This document shows positions 1 to 20,100 of a stretch of 64,000 nucleotides of DNA, one piece after another; the first letter of the stretch is position 1, and each line of letters starts with the position of its first letter. Position numbers and translations under genes: made by a program. The notes under the pieces were generated by a model. That model did no database searches. It was not told where the DNA came from and saw only the letters and a program-made list of their open reading frames with translations. This stretch comes from Salpingoeca rosetta (lineage: Eukaryota > Protista > Choanoflagellata): contig JAWQFM010000001.1 of assembly GCA_033442325.1 (NCBI GenBank), positions 2,316,973-2,380,972 on the forward strand, read 5' to 3'.

Positions 1-124
1 GTGTACGTGCGCGTGTGCGTTGCTTGGGCCACCCATCAACGATTGTGTGAGTACAACAATGTGTGAGATCTGTGAACATCGTGCTCATCAATGACTGTAT
101 CTGAATCACCACGCTTTACCACAG

Positions 125-492
125 GTCGCTGGCATGACTCCAGGTGCTTTTACTCTTCTGGTGTCGCCAACTGGATCGATGGCATTGTTCCAGGAATGCG
201 TCTCGGCGGGGACAACGCATATGCAACGAGTCATCGCGTAATTGTAGTCAACAATCACCCAGAGCTCAAGCGAGTTCGTGTTGCGGTGGAGTGGGGTTTT
301 GGAAACGTCGCCAATCACTGGCGATTCCTGCGATTCAGCTCAAACCTGAGGGTTGGGCTGAGCCCCGTCGGGAAGTATATTGCTTTGGGGTTTCTCTTGA
401 CAAACTGCCACGTGTGCTTGTATGGATGCGAAGCGAGCACATATTTTCACGTGTCTCCACCGCGACTTGAGTCATACTTGTTCTCACCATAG
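125..492 (+). CDS. Harbinger/HARBI1-like DDE transposase, last exon (5' exons upstream of window)
   Basis: Motifs GRWHDS, GDNAY, RVAVEWGFGNV..W.FL, LLTNCHVCLYG and YF..SPP.LE.YL are typical of the DDE_Tnp_4 C-terminal half; acceptor acag at 121-124; stop at 490-492. Confidence 0.85.
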
Positions 493-764
493 ACTTGTGT
501 ATTCAAGTTGTTGCACATAAACACAAGCAGTGCAAACGGAACACTTGCATTCACACGCAAGCACAGACATTACAACACACAAGCATACAGGCATACATGC
601 ACACACGCATGTGCACATCCACACCCATACACACACCATACGCAAACACACGCGCATGAGATACGTAACTATGTTTGAACAAAGCACACCCGTTCACAAT
701 ACACGACCCACCATAACGTAACACGAGCAAGGTAGTCGGACTGCATGCCGCAATGGAGTAACAG

Positions 765-2044
765 TCACAGAGCACCAGCCACACCACGACCATCATCAGT
801 GTCATCATTGGCACGTCCATTGTCACGCCCACGGAGCGACTTTGTCAGCTCACCCTGTATGTGGGAGTGGCAGTTGCACCATGTGAGGTGTATGAAACAT
901 GTATTTTGCATACTTGCCCACACATCTAGGTCAAACATCCACGCATATGCACACATGCACGCCACGATCGAAGAAAAAAAAGGTACATGCCCAACAGTTC
1001 ATTAGAATGTGACAACAATAGAGGTTCTTACGAGCGTGGCCATGGTTGTCTGCATGAAAGCCATCATCTGTGTGTGGCGTTCGTCGTCCCTGACAGACCG
1101 GCGCTCCTCAAGCTCAAGCCGTTTGCGTTCCAATTCTATCTGCTGCTGGCGCAGATCGTGATCCCTGGTGTTGAGCGGGGTGTACATGGGAGTGTGAGAC
1201 AAGTGCTATTGGTTGTTCGGGCTCAATGGGAATTCACACACCAGAAGCACACGCACACACACACACACACACATACACAGACACACCTTGACGAGATAGC
1301 CTGAAGAACGTCGTCGTCTTCATCACCACTCGTCTCTCCCGTGGATGGGAGCATGGACGAGTACACCAAGGCCGCATCTTCCTTCGACTTCTTTCTGCGC
1401 TGCTCATCCTTAGCATCGGTGGCCTCATCAACGCGCTCGGAAAACGTTCGCGCCGCCTCCATGATTACCTCCGGATACGGAGCCAGACTTGAGCCAGAGT
1501 GAGACTCCATCGAATCTGCCGCCTTGACATCCTCGACAACTCTCGAGACACGAGCCTGAGCAACCAGCAAAGAGAACGTCTAAGATGACTACAAAGGAAG
1601 CTTACACAGAGACACGCCAACATGTACATACTTCAGACGGATGAAAACGCATGCATCTCTCACCTGAACGGCCTTCCCTGATAGTGGGGGCTGACTTGGA
1701 TGCTTCTGCTGGAACTCATTGGCGACCTTGGTCCACTCCCGACGAACCCCATGGTGACCTTTCTTCCTGGGCAGATCATGTTGCAGGGCCAGCGCCATGA
1801 GAGCCTGAAGCTCAGCTGTGGTCAGCCGACGATGCTTGTGGATCGACCCTGTGTCTTGTTGCTGTGCCTGCTGCGGTTCTTGTGTCTGCTGCGATTGTTG
1901 TGACTCGTCCTCGCCATGATCAAGCACGTTGGAGAAGCCAGGAACCGGACGATGCGGCTGCTGCTGCTGCATCTGCTGCAGCTGTTCCTGTGTGTGACCA
2001 TCCATTCTCTCTGTCTCTGTGATGTGGAAATTTTGCGATGACAT
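765..2044 (-). CDS. Harbinger-associated Myb/SANT-like DNA-binding protein (about 4 exons)
   Basis: RRLTTAELQALMALALQHD...RREWTKVANEF is a Myb/SANT-like helix pattern; later exons give a coiled coil (LRQQQIELERKRLELEERR) and the last exon GELTKSL...GAL*. The start could be 2044 or 2005. Confidence 0.65.
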
Positions 2045-2398
2045 ACGCAAAAAGGTTTGTTCCAGTGCGTTTGTGGCGGTCACAAAAGCGGATCTCGAAA
2101 GCGTGATCGGAACAAAACTGGAACGTTCCAGATACTATTTGTCGTGTCGCAAACTCCACTTTCCACCGCGTTTGTGGCAGTTTTGTGCTGATTGCATTGT
2201 TCCACAACGTCTCTAATGCAATGCAGTCGTGGCAGAGTTGCATCCAATCAACAGAAGGGGACACGAGAACTTGCTTGTGTGATGACTTGCTGCTCTTGTA
2301 TTGAGCTACAAAAAGGCTAATGGCATTTTTTAAGCAAAAAGGTCATTTATATACCTCAGCAGACGGCAAACGTCTCGTTGACTACTACCCGCACAAGA

Positions 2399-2558
2399 CC
2401 CGGTCCGACTGGCTGCATTCACACTTGATGTTGCAAAACCAGACTAGTCTCGGCATGATGGGACGTACAGAGGGACACGTAGTTGATGGCAATCAATGCG
2501 AAGCGTGTGGCTACTTCACAACAGACCCGGCACAAAACCGCGCGAAAGATTGCCATAT
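2399..2558 (+). repeat. Dispersed repeat copy matching 30209-30326 plus part of the 139-bp array unit
   Basis: Shared strings GACTAGTCTCGGCATGATGGGACGTACAGAGGGACA, GATGGCAATCAATGCGAAGCGTGTGGCTACTTC and ACAACAGACCCGGCACAAAACCGCGCGAAAGATTGCCATAT. Confidence 0.9.
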
Positions 2559-3054
2559 GTACTTGAGTTGTGAGGCAAACAAGGATGTAGGATGAATGAA
2601 CACTCTAACAAAAAGAAACAGAGCAGGAGACAAGAATTGTCGACAACGCAAAGTGGTCACGTGGCAATGTTTGTTGAGAGTTGTGTGGTTATGTGGCGTG
2701 TTATGCAAGAGCACGTAGCAAATTGTGGTGTCGCAAAGAAAAGAAGTTAATTTAAATGAGGGTTTGGGCACGTGTGTTGGATGTAGAAACGAATCAGTTC
2801 GTACAATATGGTTCGTGTGCGTCCCTGTTCTCTGTGCGGGCAAACAGGGCCCCGCACATATTACATACAAACTCTTTGAGCGATGCGTGCCCATATGGCG
2901 AGGCCCAGGCCGGACAACATCGCACACGGGACACACCTCGTGATCGTCGCTGGGTAGAATGGTGTCCCCTATCAGCCGCTCCAGTTGACGCAGCGCGACG
3001 CGCGTGCGCGTCGTTGTTAACATCACTGTTCCAGTGTCAATTGTTGCAAGTTCA

Positions 3055-3154
3055 NNNNNNNNNNNNNNNNNNNNNNNNNNNNNNNNNNNNNNNNNNNNNN
3101 NNNNNNNNNNNNNNNNNNNNNNNNNNNNNNNNNNNNNNNNNNNNNNNNNNNNNN
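3055..3154. other. Assembly gap (100 N)
   Basis: Run of 100 n; a round number typical of a gap of unknown size. Confidence 0.99.
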
Positions 3155-3696
3155 GTAGCAGTGTGTAGCAATGTGTAGCAGTGTGTGCGATCGATCTCGA
3201 TATAGGGCGATGGTGTATTGGTAGATGAACTTGTAAGGCAAGAGAAGGTAGGAAGTACAAGGTGGAAGTGACAGGTGGAAGCGGAGCAGGTGAGGCCTCA
3301 AGAAAGGGAAGACAAAGCAGGAGAAAATCGATGCAAGATATGCACGCTAATCTATTCAAGGTTCTAACATCATCGATGACTGTTGACATCACTGTTCCAG
3401 TGTCAATGCTTGCTGAGTCAGCAAATTCTGCTGTAAACGTTTCTGTGCACGTGCGCCCAGAAACGGGCGTTTCTGGTTGTTTTGCCACGTGGCACTTCTC
3501 TCTCTCTCCTCCAGTTTTCTGTCTATGTGTGAGAGTGTCTCTCAGTTCATGTTCATTCATCCTACATCCTTGTTTGCTTCACAACTCAAGTAAACACACA
3601 CAACTTCCTCTTGCCAAGACAATCTCCCACACAACACACAGCACACTCTGCACACACAGCACACACACACAAGTCTCCAACAACAGCACCACCACC

Positions 3697-4082
3697 ATGA
3701 ACTCGCAACAGCAGGAACCCCCAGTACGGACTGAACCACGACGATGGTACACAAGACGACGACGATGGGGATGTGGATGTGGATGAGCCAGTGGAGGTCG
3801 AAGAGGACCGTGCACAAGACGACGACAATGGGGATGTGGGTGCGGATGAGTCAGTGGAGGTGCAAGAGGAATTTGACGTGACAGAGCTATCACAGCAGCT
3901 GAAGGAGGAGCAGGCGCACATGCAGAGTGCACTATCGCAGCAGCTCAAGACACAGCAGGAGCATATGCAAAAACAAGTGCAGCAGCAGTTGAAAGGCATG
4001 AAGCAGTGGCTGAGGGAGCAGGCGAACATGCAGAGTGCGCTATCGCAGCAGCTGATGGAGCTGAAGAATAGCATGCAGCTAG
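3697..4082 (+). pseudogene. Acidic/coiled-coil protein fragment, probably frameshifted
   Basis: MNSQQQEPP.. (ATG 3697) is in a different frame from a duplicated QDDD.GDV..DE.VEV.E motif and the heptad-like repeats MQSALSQQL; lies within the repeat patch. Confidence 0.3.
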
Positions 4083-5564
4083 GTGTTGACAGGCGAGTCC
4101 TGCCTGCTGAGTCATATCATTCACCTCCCTTCTTCACGACACCACAAATTTGCATTCACCTCTCTTGTGTTCTGGAATGTTCACGTGATTTCCCTCCAAC
4201 CTGTTGCACGTGCAGTGTTTAGCTTGTGTGGTTGCTCGATGTTACATGCTCTTGCATAACACACCACATAACCACACAACTCTCAACAAACACTGCCACG
4301 TCACCACTTTGCGTTGTCGACAATTCTTGTCTTCTGCTCTGTTTCTTTCTGTTGGAGTGTTCATTCATCCTACATCCTTGTTTGCTTCACAACTCAAGTA
4401 AACACACACAACTCTCTCCTGCCAAGGCAATCTCCCACTCAACACACAGCACACACAGCACACACGAGGTGAATGCAACGTTGTGGTGTCGTGAAGAAGG
4501 GAGGTCAATTATATGACTCAGCAGGAAGGACTCGCCTGTAAACACGTACACGACCGAGGCGTTTCTGCGACCCAGACGCGGACATCGAGGCCGCGAGGAG
4601 CTGCGTCGACAAGGTTAGCAGGTGGTCTGGGATCAATTTCGCCCCCACTGTTTAGCTGCCACTCTTGTGTGCCCCCAACTGAAACCTTGATTCTTTGTTC
4701 CAATGTCTTCTTGTCTGTCAGTGGCATTTCTTTATCTCTTTCCCCATAAAATAGATGCGTGCACAGCACCACAAATACAACTGAATCATTTGCATGTGTG
4801 TGTGTGCGTGAGTGTAAGTGAGCGTGAGTGCTCTGTATGTGTGCGTGAGAGGAGAGTTTTGTCCCTTGCGCCGTTCAGACCATCTTCACCAGGGGAGCCG
4901 CCATGAGTATGCAACACCAACTGCACGATGCTAGGGTTACAATTATATTGAAGAATCGAGTGTTGTAGTTGTGATATTCATGTGCTTTAATTGTGACATC
5001 ATGCACATCAAAAGTGTAAACAGACAGCATTCGCTCAAGTGAGCGCATGCGGTGGTGTGGTGGTGAATCTAGATGGTGTGGCAAGCAGCAATTGCAGTGG
5101 TTTCACTCCAGCACTCTCTACTTGCGGACCACCTCTATTTCACATCACACACAGCACCAACCACTCTGCACTTGTACTTGCACTTGCTGTGTTTATTTAC
5201 AGTTGTTTCCCCCCCCCCCAAATACACATCTCCAACACGAAAGCCGCTACACAAGGCGGTGGTAAGCGAGATGCTGTGTTATTGCATTCTGACAACCAAG
5301 TATAGGACACTACCCTAATTAAAGGACACAAGTACGTCGCTCGCTGCCACGATTGTCCCTGGTGCAGCTCGCTCAACCCCAAACACATCATCGTCATCAT
5401 CAAGCTGCTGCCACGCGTCAAACTGCCTTTACTGAATTGCCTCTCAAACACGCGGGGTGAGAGTCTCCCACCAGGGCCCAGAACACACACACACACACAC
5501 ACATAGAGGCAGAGACGAAGAGAAAGACACACACAGACACCCACTCACACACATGCGGAAAAGT

Positions 5565-12551
<6,987 letters not shown>

Positions 12552-12746
12552 TGTCGCTCGCACCAATCCAGTTCACACAAACAAAAGGCAACAAAAAAGC
12601 GGGCGAAAAAACGAATGCAGGCAAAGCAAGGCGAGGCAAGGCAAGGAGAAGAGGAAGACAGTCCTGCCTGGTTGCCTGACCTTGTGCTGGTTGTGCTTGC
12701 TGTGTGTGTGTGCACTGCTGCGCACTAGCAGCTTGGTTGTGGGGAG
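12552..12746. promoter_or_regulatory. Probable bidirectional promoter, DNMBP/L2HGDH
   Basis: Divergent ATGs separated by 195 bp; contains GCAA(A/G) iterations. Confidence 0.55.
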
Positions 12747-13167
12747 ATGGCGACGCTGCGGCGACTGGCAGTGGCCCTTGCTACCGCAGGCACTGCCGTG
12801 GGCGGAGTGCTTGTGACTCGAGCACAGGGAGGGTTGGGAAACAAAGAGCTGGGCCAAGGCGGGCGTGACAGTGGCCATTTGGATCCCGTGGAGTATGGCA
12901 AGACCTTTGATGTCGGTGTCATTGGCGGTGGCATCGTTGGCCTTGCCACAGCTCGTGAGCTGCAGCTGCGACACCCTCACCTCCGCATTGTCGTCTTTGA
13001 AAAGGTGTGCTGTGTGTGTGCCTGTGTGTCTTGTGTATGTGCGTGCGTGTGTATGTGCATGCGCGTGTGTGCGTGCGTGCCTGTGTGTCTTGTGTTTGTG
13101 CGTGCGTGTGTGTGTATGTGTGTCTTGTGTATGTGCGGGCGTGTGTGTATGTGTGTGGGGTCTCCTC

Positions 13168-13216
<49 letters not shown>

Positions 13217-13946
13217 GTCCGTCTCTGTCTGTCTGTCTCTGTCCGTCTCTGTCTGTCTGTCTCTGTCCGTCTCTGTCTGTCTGTCTCTGTCCGTCTCTGT
13301 CTGTCTGTCTCTGTCTGTCTGTCTCAACGTTCCTGCTCGCCTTTGACTCCGCAGGGAAGTCAAGTTGCGGAGCAGCAGACGGGCCACAACAGCGGCGTTG
13401 TCCACAGTGGGGTGTACTACAAGCCAGGCTCACTGCGGGCACTGCTGTGCACAAAAGGCAACGCACTCATGTACAACTACTGCGAGGAGCACGGCATTCC
13501 GACCAAGCGCTGCGGCAAGCTCATCGTTGCTGTTGAAGAAGAGGAAGTGCCAAGGCTTGAGGGCATCTTTGAAAACGGGAAACAGAACAAGGTCCCGGGA
13601 CTACAGTGGATTGAGCAAGGCGACATTCGCCACTTTGAACCCCATTGCAAGGGCGTGGCTGCCGTCTACTGCCCCTCGACCGGCATCGTTGACTACGCGC
13701 AGGTGTGGATGTGTTGGTGTAGAGAGGGGGGCGCTGTGTGTGCGTAGCTGGGTGCGACCGCGAGGTGGCCGCATGTGCACGCCGTCATGGTTATTGGTGG
13801 CGCTCGTACCGCCTCCAAACACAGACACACACACGCACACACACGCACACACGCACACACACATACACACACGCACACGCACACACACACACACACACAC
13901 GCACACACACGCACACACATACACACACATACACACACACACACAC

Positions 13947-13979
<33 letters not shown>

Positions 13980-14414
13980 TTCGCGCATTCCTAAATGCCA
14001 GGTGGCGAGGACCATGGCGCAGGAGTTTGAGGGTCTTGGTGGAACGATATTGACGTCGTGTAAAGTCGTCGATCTGACCGGTCCGGCAGGGGAAGCTGCA
14101 GACTTTGGCAATGGCGTCCGCGTGCACACGCAGGACCACGGCAACGGTTTTATCTGCGCGCACATTGTGTCGTGTGTTGGTGCTTACTCAGACAAGTGAG
14201 TGGGCAAGTTAGTGGGCAAGTGAGTGGGCAAGTTAGTGGGCAAGCGTGCGTGCATGTGTGTGCGTGTGTGTGTGTGTATGTGTGTGTATGTGTGTGTGCG
14301 TGTGCGTGTGCACGCGTGACGTGCTGAGCACTTGCATCTGTGTTATTACTCTCTCATTTGGTGCCTATCTTCCCATATCCCAACCTCTCTAAACCGCTTG
14401 TGCATGTGCATGTG

Positions 14415-14445
<31 letters not shown>

Positions 14446-16025
14446 TGGGAATGGTTTGCGCTTGGCGAACAGGATTGCTGTGATGACGGGGTGCGCGGAG
14501 ACTCCGAAGATGATTGGCGTTCGTGGGGAATACCTTGTCCTGAAACCGGTACATATGCACCGCATCACGTGCCAAATCGTTGCTCGCGTGTTTACACACA
14601 GCAAGCACTCCCTCTCCTCCTCACGCTTTTCCTGCCCCTTCTTGCCGCCGCTTCCTCCCCCCCCCCCACGCCACTCACGTCTCAACCAACACGCAATGTC
14701 GCCCGGTAGGAGAAGAGGCATCTTGTGAAAGGGAATATTTATCCCGTACCAGACCCGCGTGTACCATTTCTTGGGGTGCATTTCACGCCCCGCATCGACG
14801 GCAGTCTTTGGCTTGGCCCCAACGCTGTGCCCGCGTTTGCTCGCGAAGGATACTCCTACTCCACCATAAACTGGTGCAGTCGCATGTGTGTGTGCTTGTG
14901 TGCGCTGTGTGTGTGTTTGTGTGCGACTCTGTGTGTGTGTGTGTGCTTGTGTGCGCTGTGTGTGTGTTTGTGTGCGACTCTGTGTGTGTGTGTGTGATGC
15001 ATAACTGTGCGAGACTGTGCGCGCGCGTGTGAGTACGCACATGTGTACGACGGTTTTTCCTGTTGCACGTGCGTTTGTCCTGTGCGCGCACGTACTTTTT
15101 TTTTGCTCACTCACTCACTCGCACACTCACACACATACGCACACTCACACACTCACACACTCACACACACTCGGTCCGTCTCTTTGGTTGATTGCTGTTG
15201 TGCGACGGCACGACCACGGCTGTGCAGGGGCGAGCTGTGGGATGCAGTGTCATACATTGGGTATCTGCGACTTGCGCTGGCCAACGCCGACTTTGGTCTT
15301 CGTGAGCTCTACCGCTCCATTCGCACTGCAGCACAGGTGCACATGCATGTCTCGGAGAATGTTTGCGCCGCAGGGTTTCGGCTGGACCTGGCGTTGCTCC
15401 CTTCTTGAAGTGGGTGCAGTGATTGTGCTGCTGCCCATGCTAACCTGTCGTGGCGTGTCGTGGCGTGTTGTTGGTAGGTGAAACAGTTGCAGCGGTACAT
15501 CCCCGAGTTGACGCTGGACGATGTGGAGCCAGGCCCGGCCGGCGTTCGTGCTATAGTGCGTGTGTGTTTGTGTGCGCATGTGTGTGTGTGTTTGTGTGTG
15601 TTTGTGTGTGTTTGTGTGCATGTGTGTGTTTGTGTGTGTTTGTGTTTGTGTGTGCATTTGTGTGTGCATATGTGTGTGTGTGTGCCGAATTTGCTCTTGC
15701 TAGGTTCAATGAAACATGGTTTGCACTCGCACTTTTGTCTCCTTTGATTGTGTCCGTGTGCGATTGTGCCTGTTTGCTTTACTTGTTTCACGCATGCTGA
15801 TGCGACAACCCTGCATGTTTTCATGGCACCATTGCTTGAACACCCACACCCGCAGGCGCTTGATGAAGATGGCAACCTTGTGAAGGACTTTGTCTTCGAT
15901 TCTGGAACAGCGACAGGTGAGTGAGTGGAGTGAGAGAGAGAGAGATAGAGACAGCGTGTGCGTGCGCGAGTTGGGACAACGATTTGTGTGCCTGTGTCAC
16001 ATGTGTGACTCTGTTGCTCCTCCTT

Positions 16026-16061
<36 letters not shown>

Positions 16062-16241
16062 ACATGCACACAAATGCATGCACACACATGCACACACACA
16101 CACACAGCCAAAGGGAGGGTGATTCATGTACGCAATGCGCCGTCGCCTGCAGCCACGTCCAGCTTGGCCATTGCGGAGATGGTTGCCAACCGCGCCCAGG
16201 AAGAGTTCAAATTGCCCGGCAGCATTCAGATGCCACATTAA
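12747..16241 (+). CDS. L2HGDH: L-2-hydroxyglutarate dehydrogenase (FAD-dependent), multi-exon
   Basis: Targeting-like MATLRRLA; [19 protein letters not shown]; [22 protein letters not shown]; STGIVDY; RGEY; [19 protein letters not shown]; GPAGVRA; [17 protein letters not shown]; stop at 16239-16241. Confidence 0.95.
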
Positions 16242-17155
16242 ATGAGCACGCAATCATTCATTTTGGCTGATTCAGCGGTTTTTGCATGAATGCAACAACC
16301 CAGTTGGCGTTGGTCAGGTTTCGCTTCTCAACCCTCGTGCATGCAGGCAACCACAGCTGCGCAATCAGTTGAGAACGCCCGCTTCTGAGAAACGGTGGCA
16401 GTTGAGATGCTGCTGATTTGCGAAGAATATCCAAATGTTTTCCTTGCCGGTGACGGTTGTGTTGCTGCAAAACGCGCGACGGTGGATCGAGGCCATCACC
16501 GAGCAACGAAACGGCCCTCCCTCCTCAGTGCGTTTGTGTGTGCTTAGCTTCCACGGTTGTGGCGTGGCGACGGGGCCAACGGACTGACCAGCAGCGCAAC
16601 GGCCGCACATCCGCATCACATCCAGCAACTCGCTCACTGCTTTGCTTCTGCTTCTCCTGTTTGGCATTCCGTTGCGCGCAGCGAAACATGCATTGTTTTG
16701 CAGCGGTTTGATTGGTTGTTGTGGACTGTCACTGAAAGAGGTGGGGTGGGGTGCGTTTGTGTCGCAAAGGGGCGAAGCAAGCAAGAAGCAAAAGCAGCAA
16801 CGCAAAAGCGCAGAGAGGGGGGTGCGAATGCCACTCAAACATTGACGCAAAAAAACTGACCGTTGTGAGTGGCAGTGAAGGTGCTGCTGCTGCGCGTGCG
16901 CATGTGTGCGCATGTGTGTGCCTGCCTGCCTTTTTGCGCTGCCAAGAGTCTGCGTCTCTGGGTGCGTGTGCGTGTGTGTGCGTGTGTGCCTCTGTTCATT
17001 TCTCTCAACTGTTCGTTTGTCTCACAAGCAGACAACGACTGTCCATCTCTCCCCCCCCCCCACACACCTCCAAACCAACCACACACAGATACAACCTTCC
17101 TGATCGCATCGTGCTCGTTGCCGAGACTCATCGACAACAGCAGCAGCATAGCAAG

Positions 17156-20100
17156 ATGCGTGTGACGACTGTGTTGACCGTCACGCTCGTGGCGCTTGTG
17201 GCGTCAGTGTCTGGTCAGGCCACCATCTGTACCGACACCTGTCGCACATCCAACAACGGCATCTGCGAGGATGGCGAGCAGCCCATTATGGGCGCCGGTA
17301 ACTTTCTCGCAAACGCCCAGAACCTCTGTGAATTTGGTACCGATTGCTCCGACTGCGGCCCCCGAAGTACGTTTTGCGACATGGATGCTTATTGGTGTTG
17401 TCTGATATCAGGGCTTGTGCGTGTGTGTATGTATGTATGTATGTTATGTATGTATGTATGTATGTATGTATGTATGAATGAATGTATGTATGTATGTATG
17501 TGTGTGTGTGCGTGTGTGGCTTGTGTGGCTTGTGCGGATGCGTGGATGCGCTGCGTTGTGTTTTCTGTGAGACATCCCCATCCGACTCGTTGTATTGTTG
17601 TTGCGTTGCTGCACTGTCATCTTTCACAACTTTTGTCACCCGCACACCCACGAACCTAACCTTTTCACTCTTCTGCCGGAACTCACCCATCCTCCTCACC
17701 CTTTCTCCTCCTCGCTTCACCTTTCCATCTCTCTCTCTCTCCTTTCTGTCGCAGCTGAGGCTGACCGTAACCTGAACCTCAAGGCCCCACTCAAGGGACA
17801 GCGTGGTGACCCAGGTGACATGGGTGACAACGGCATCCAGGGTCCAAAGGGTGACAAGGGTCGTCAGGGAACCCCGGGCTTTGATGGCACCAACGGCGAC
17901 AAGGGCGAGAAGGGCGTCCGCGGCCCCTCTGGTGCGCCCCCCCCCCCTTCTTGATTTGATGCTGTGTTGCCCTTGGTTGGTTTGCTGTATTATTATTGTT
18001 AGTGCTCCTTGTAGAACAAATGGCACGTTGTCACCGACTTACACCTGAACATGCACGCACTATCATCAACGCTTTCGCTTTTGTCTCACACCAACACACA
18101 CACACACACACACACACACCCAAACCCACATCTGTCTCCCATCCATGTATGCATGCATGCATGCATGCAGGCGAGGACGGTCTGCCCGGCCCCCGTGGCT
18201 TCCCTGGTCGCGATGGTGACAAGGGCGAGCGCGGTGACACTGGTCGCCAGGGTGATCCTGGTGTCGATGGTGTTCCCGGACGCAAGGGTCAACGCGGCCC
18301 GCAGGGTGCCAGCGGCGACAACGGTACCCCTGGTACGTACAGCTCTAGCATGCGTGCTTGTGTGTGTGTGTGGTTTTTTTTTTGGCTTGTTGTGTGCTTC
18401 CATCGTCTTGATTTCCCTGATGTCCTTTACGCACATCATATTTACTCACACGCACAACACCTCGCTCCCTCACTTCTGTACAACAACAACACCACCACCA
18501 CCAACAACACCACCACCACCACCAACAACAACGACAACAACAATGCACAACCGAAACAGGCAACGACGGAACCAACGGACGGAAAGGTCAACGTGGTGCT
18601 CCTGGTCCAGATGGAACGCCGGGTACTGATGGTGCCCCTGGCGTCGATGGAGTCGATGGTAACCCCGGCCCGCAAGGCCCCAGGGGTGAAGACGGGCTCC
18701 CAGGCGCTGTGGGTGACCCAGGTACCGATGGCTTCGATGGAACAGATGGCGTCCGCGGCGATCGCGGTGACAAGGGTTTCCGCGGCGCAACCGGTGCTCA
18801 GGGCGCGCGCGGCGAGGACGGCCTCAACGGCGACGCTGGTGACCCAGGCTTTGACGGCACGGACGGTGTCAACGGCCCACGCGGTCCTCGTGGCCCCGTC
18901 GGTCTCCCAGGCAAGTCTTTTTTGAAGTCTTGCGCTAGTGCGCTGCATCCAGGCATCCTCTCGTTGCTGCTCGTTTGGATGCTTGGATGGGAGGGCTCGT
19001 TTGCTTGTTTGATTGCAGGTCCTCTTGTTGTGTCTGTGTCTGCGCACGCTTCTTGTGTTATTTGCAAACCCGCTACAGTGCTGCGTCCCCAACTATCATC
19101 AGATCATCTCCCAATAGCAATGCATAATCTCTTGCTTGATCTACGTCTCTAACGACCGATCGACTGCTTACTCTCTTACTCATCGTTGGACTTTCTGTCC
19201 TCTCCTCACACCCTTTGTCGCGCTCCCAACACACCACAGGCATGAAGGGTAACCAGGGCGAGGATGGTCTGCAAGGCATTGCAGGCACTGACGGCTTTGA
19301 TGGGACTGATGGCCCTCGTGGTGACCCGGTATGTTGGTGCTGTCTTTGTGGTCTGTGACATGCACGCAGCACGTTCGTATGTGGTGTCCTCATTTTTTTG
19401 TTTTGGGTTTTTGCCGCACTTGTGTGTGCCGTTTTTCCTCACCCACCCGTGCCCTCCCCCCCGGGTTTTCTACATGGTGTAGGGTCTCCCTGGTGAGCCT
19501 GGTGCTCGGGGTTCCCGTGGTCCCTCCGGTACCCCTGGTACCCCTGGTAGCAAGGGCCAGCCCGGCCCACGCGGCCCCGACGGTGTGAACGGTGCTGACG
19601 GTGCTGACGGCGCCGATGGCCCCAAAGGCTACAAGGGTCAACAGGTGCGTAGCATGTGTCTGTGTGCGTGTGTGTAGATGTAGATGTGCAATTGCGTGCG
19701 TGCATGTATGTCCACGTGCATGTGCACACGTGCGTGCGTGCGTGCGTACCACTGTTTTCCTCTTCTGCGCGTCGTTTCATAACGGCCGACCTTTTCCTGA
19801 CAACGCTACATCTTTGTTTCTCACACGATCAACCAATCAACATGTAGGGTAACTCTGGTACCCCTGGTGAAGATGGCCTCGATGGTCGCAAGGGCCAGCG
19901 TGGCCGTGACGGTGAAGGAGGTCTGCAGGGTGACCGCGGTGCTCCTGGCAACCCTGGCCCAACTGGCCTCAAGGGTAACGTCGGGTACGTTTGCTTCTCT
20001 TGTTTGTCGCCATCTTGGCTACTTTGTGCATGCGCGGGTGTGGTTGTGTCTCCACGTCCTTGAGAGTGTCCTTGCGCTCGCTTTCCTTGCTCGACGTGCA

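Larger units (their letters stand above)
1..2213. mobile_element. PIF/Harbinger DNA transposon, right part (runs off the left edge)
   Basis: Convergent DDE_Tnp_4-type transposase and Myb/SANT gene, the canonical two-gene Harbinger layout. A candidate terminus ...CACAACGTCTC followed by TAA (2214-2216) fits a TAA/TTA target site, but the other end is outside the window. Confidence 0.75.
2560..4440. repeat. Degenerate repeat patch: ~160-bp inverted pair (about 2560-2720 vs 4240-4400) and ~80-bp direct pair (about 3550-3630 vs 4359-4440)
   Basis: CTTGAGTTGTGAGGCAAACAAGGATGTAGGATGAATGAACACTC.. is the near reverse complement of ..GAGTGTTCATTCATCCTACATCCTTGTTTGCTTCACAACTCAAG; the core of the latter also occurs at about 3551. 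Confidence 0.8.

Noticed and set aside
4518-5460. Short ORFs between the repeat patch and DNMBP
   Set aside because: No recognisable domain or consistent exon chain.
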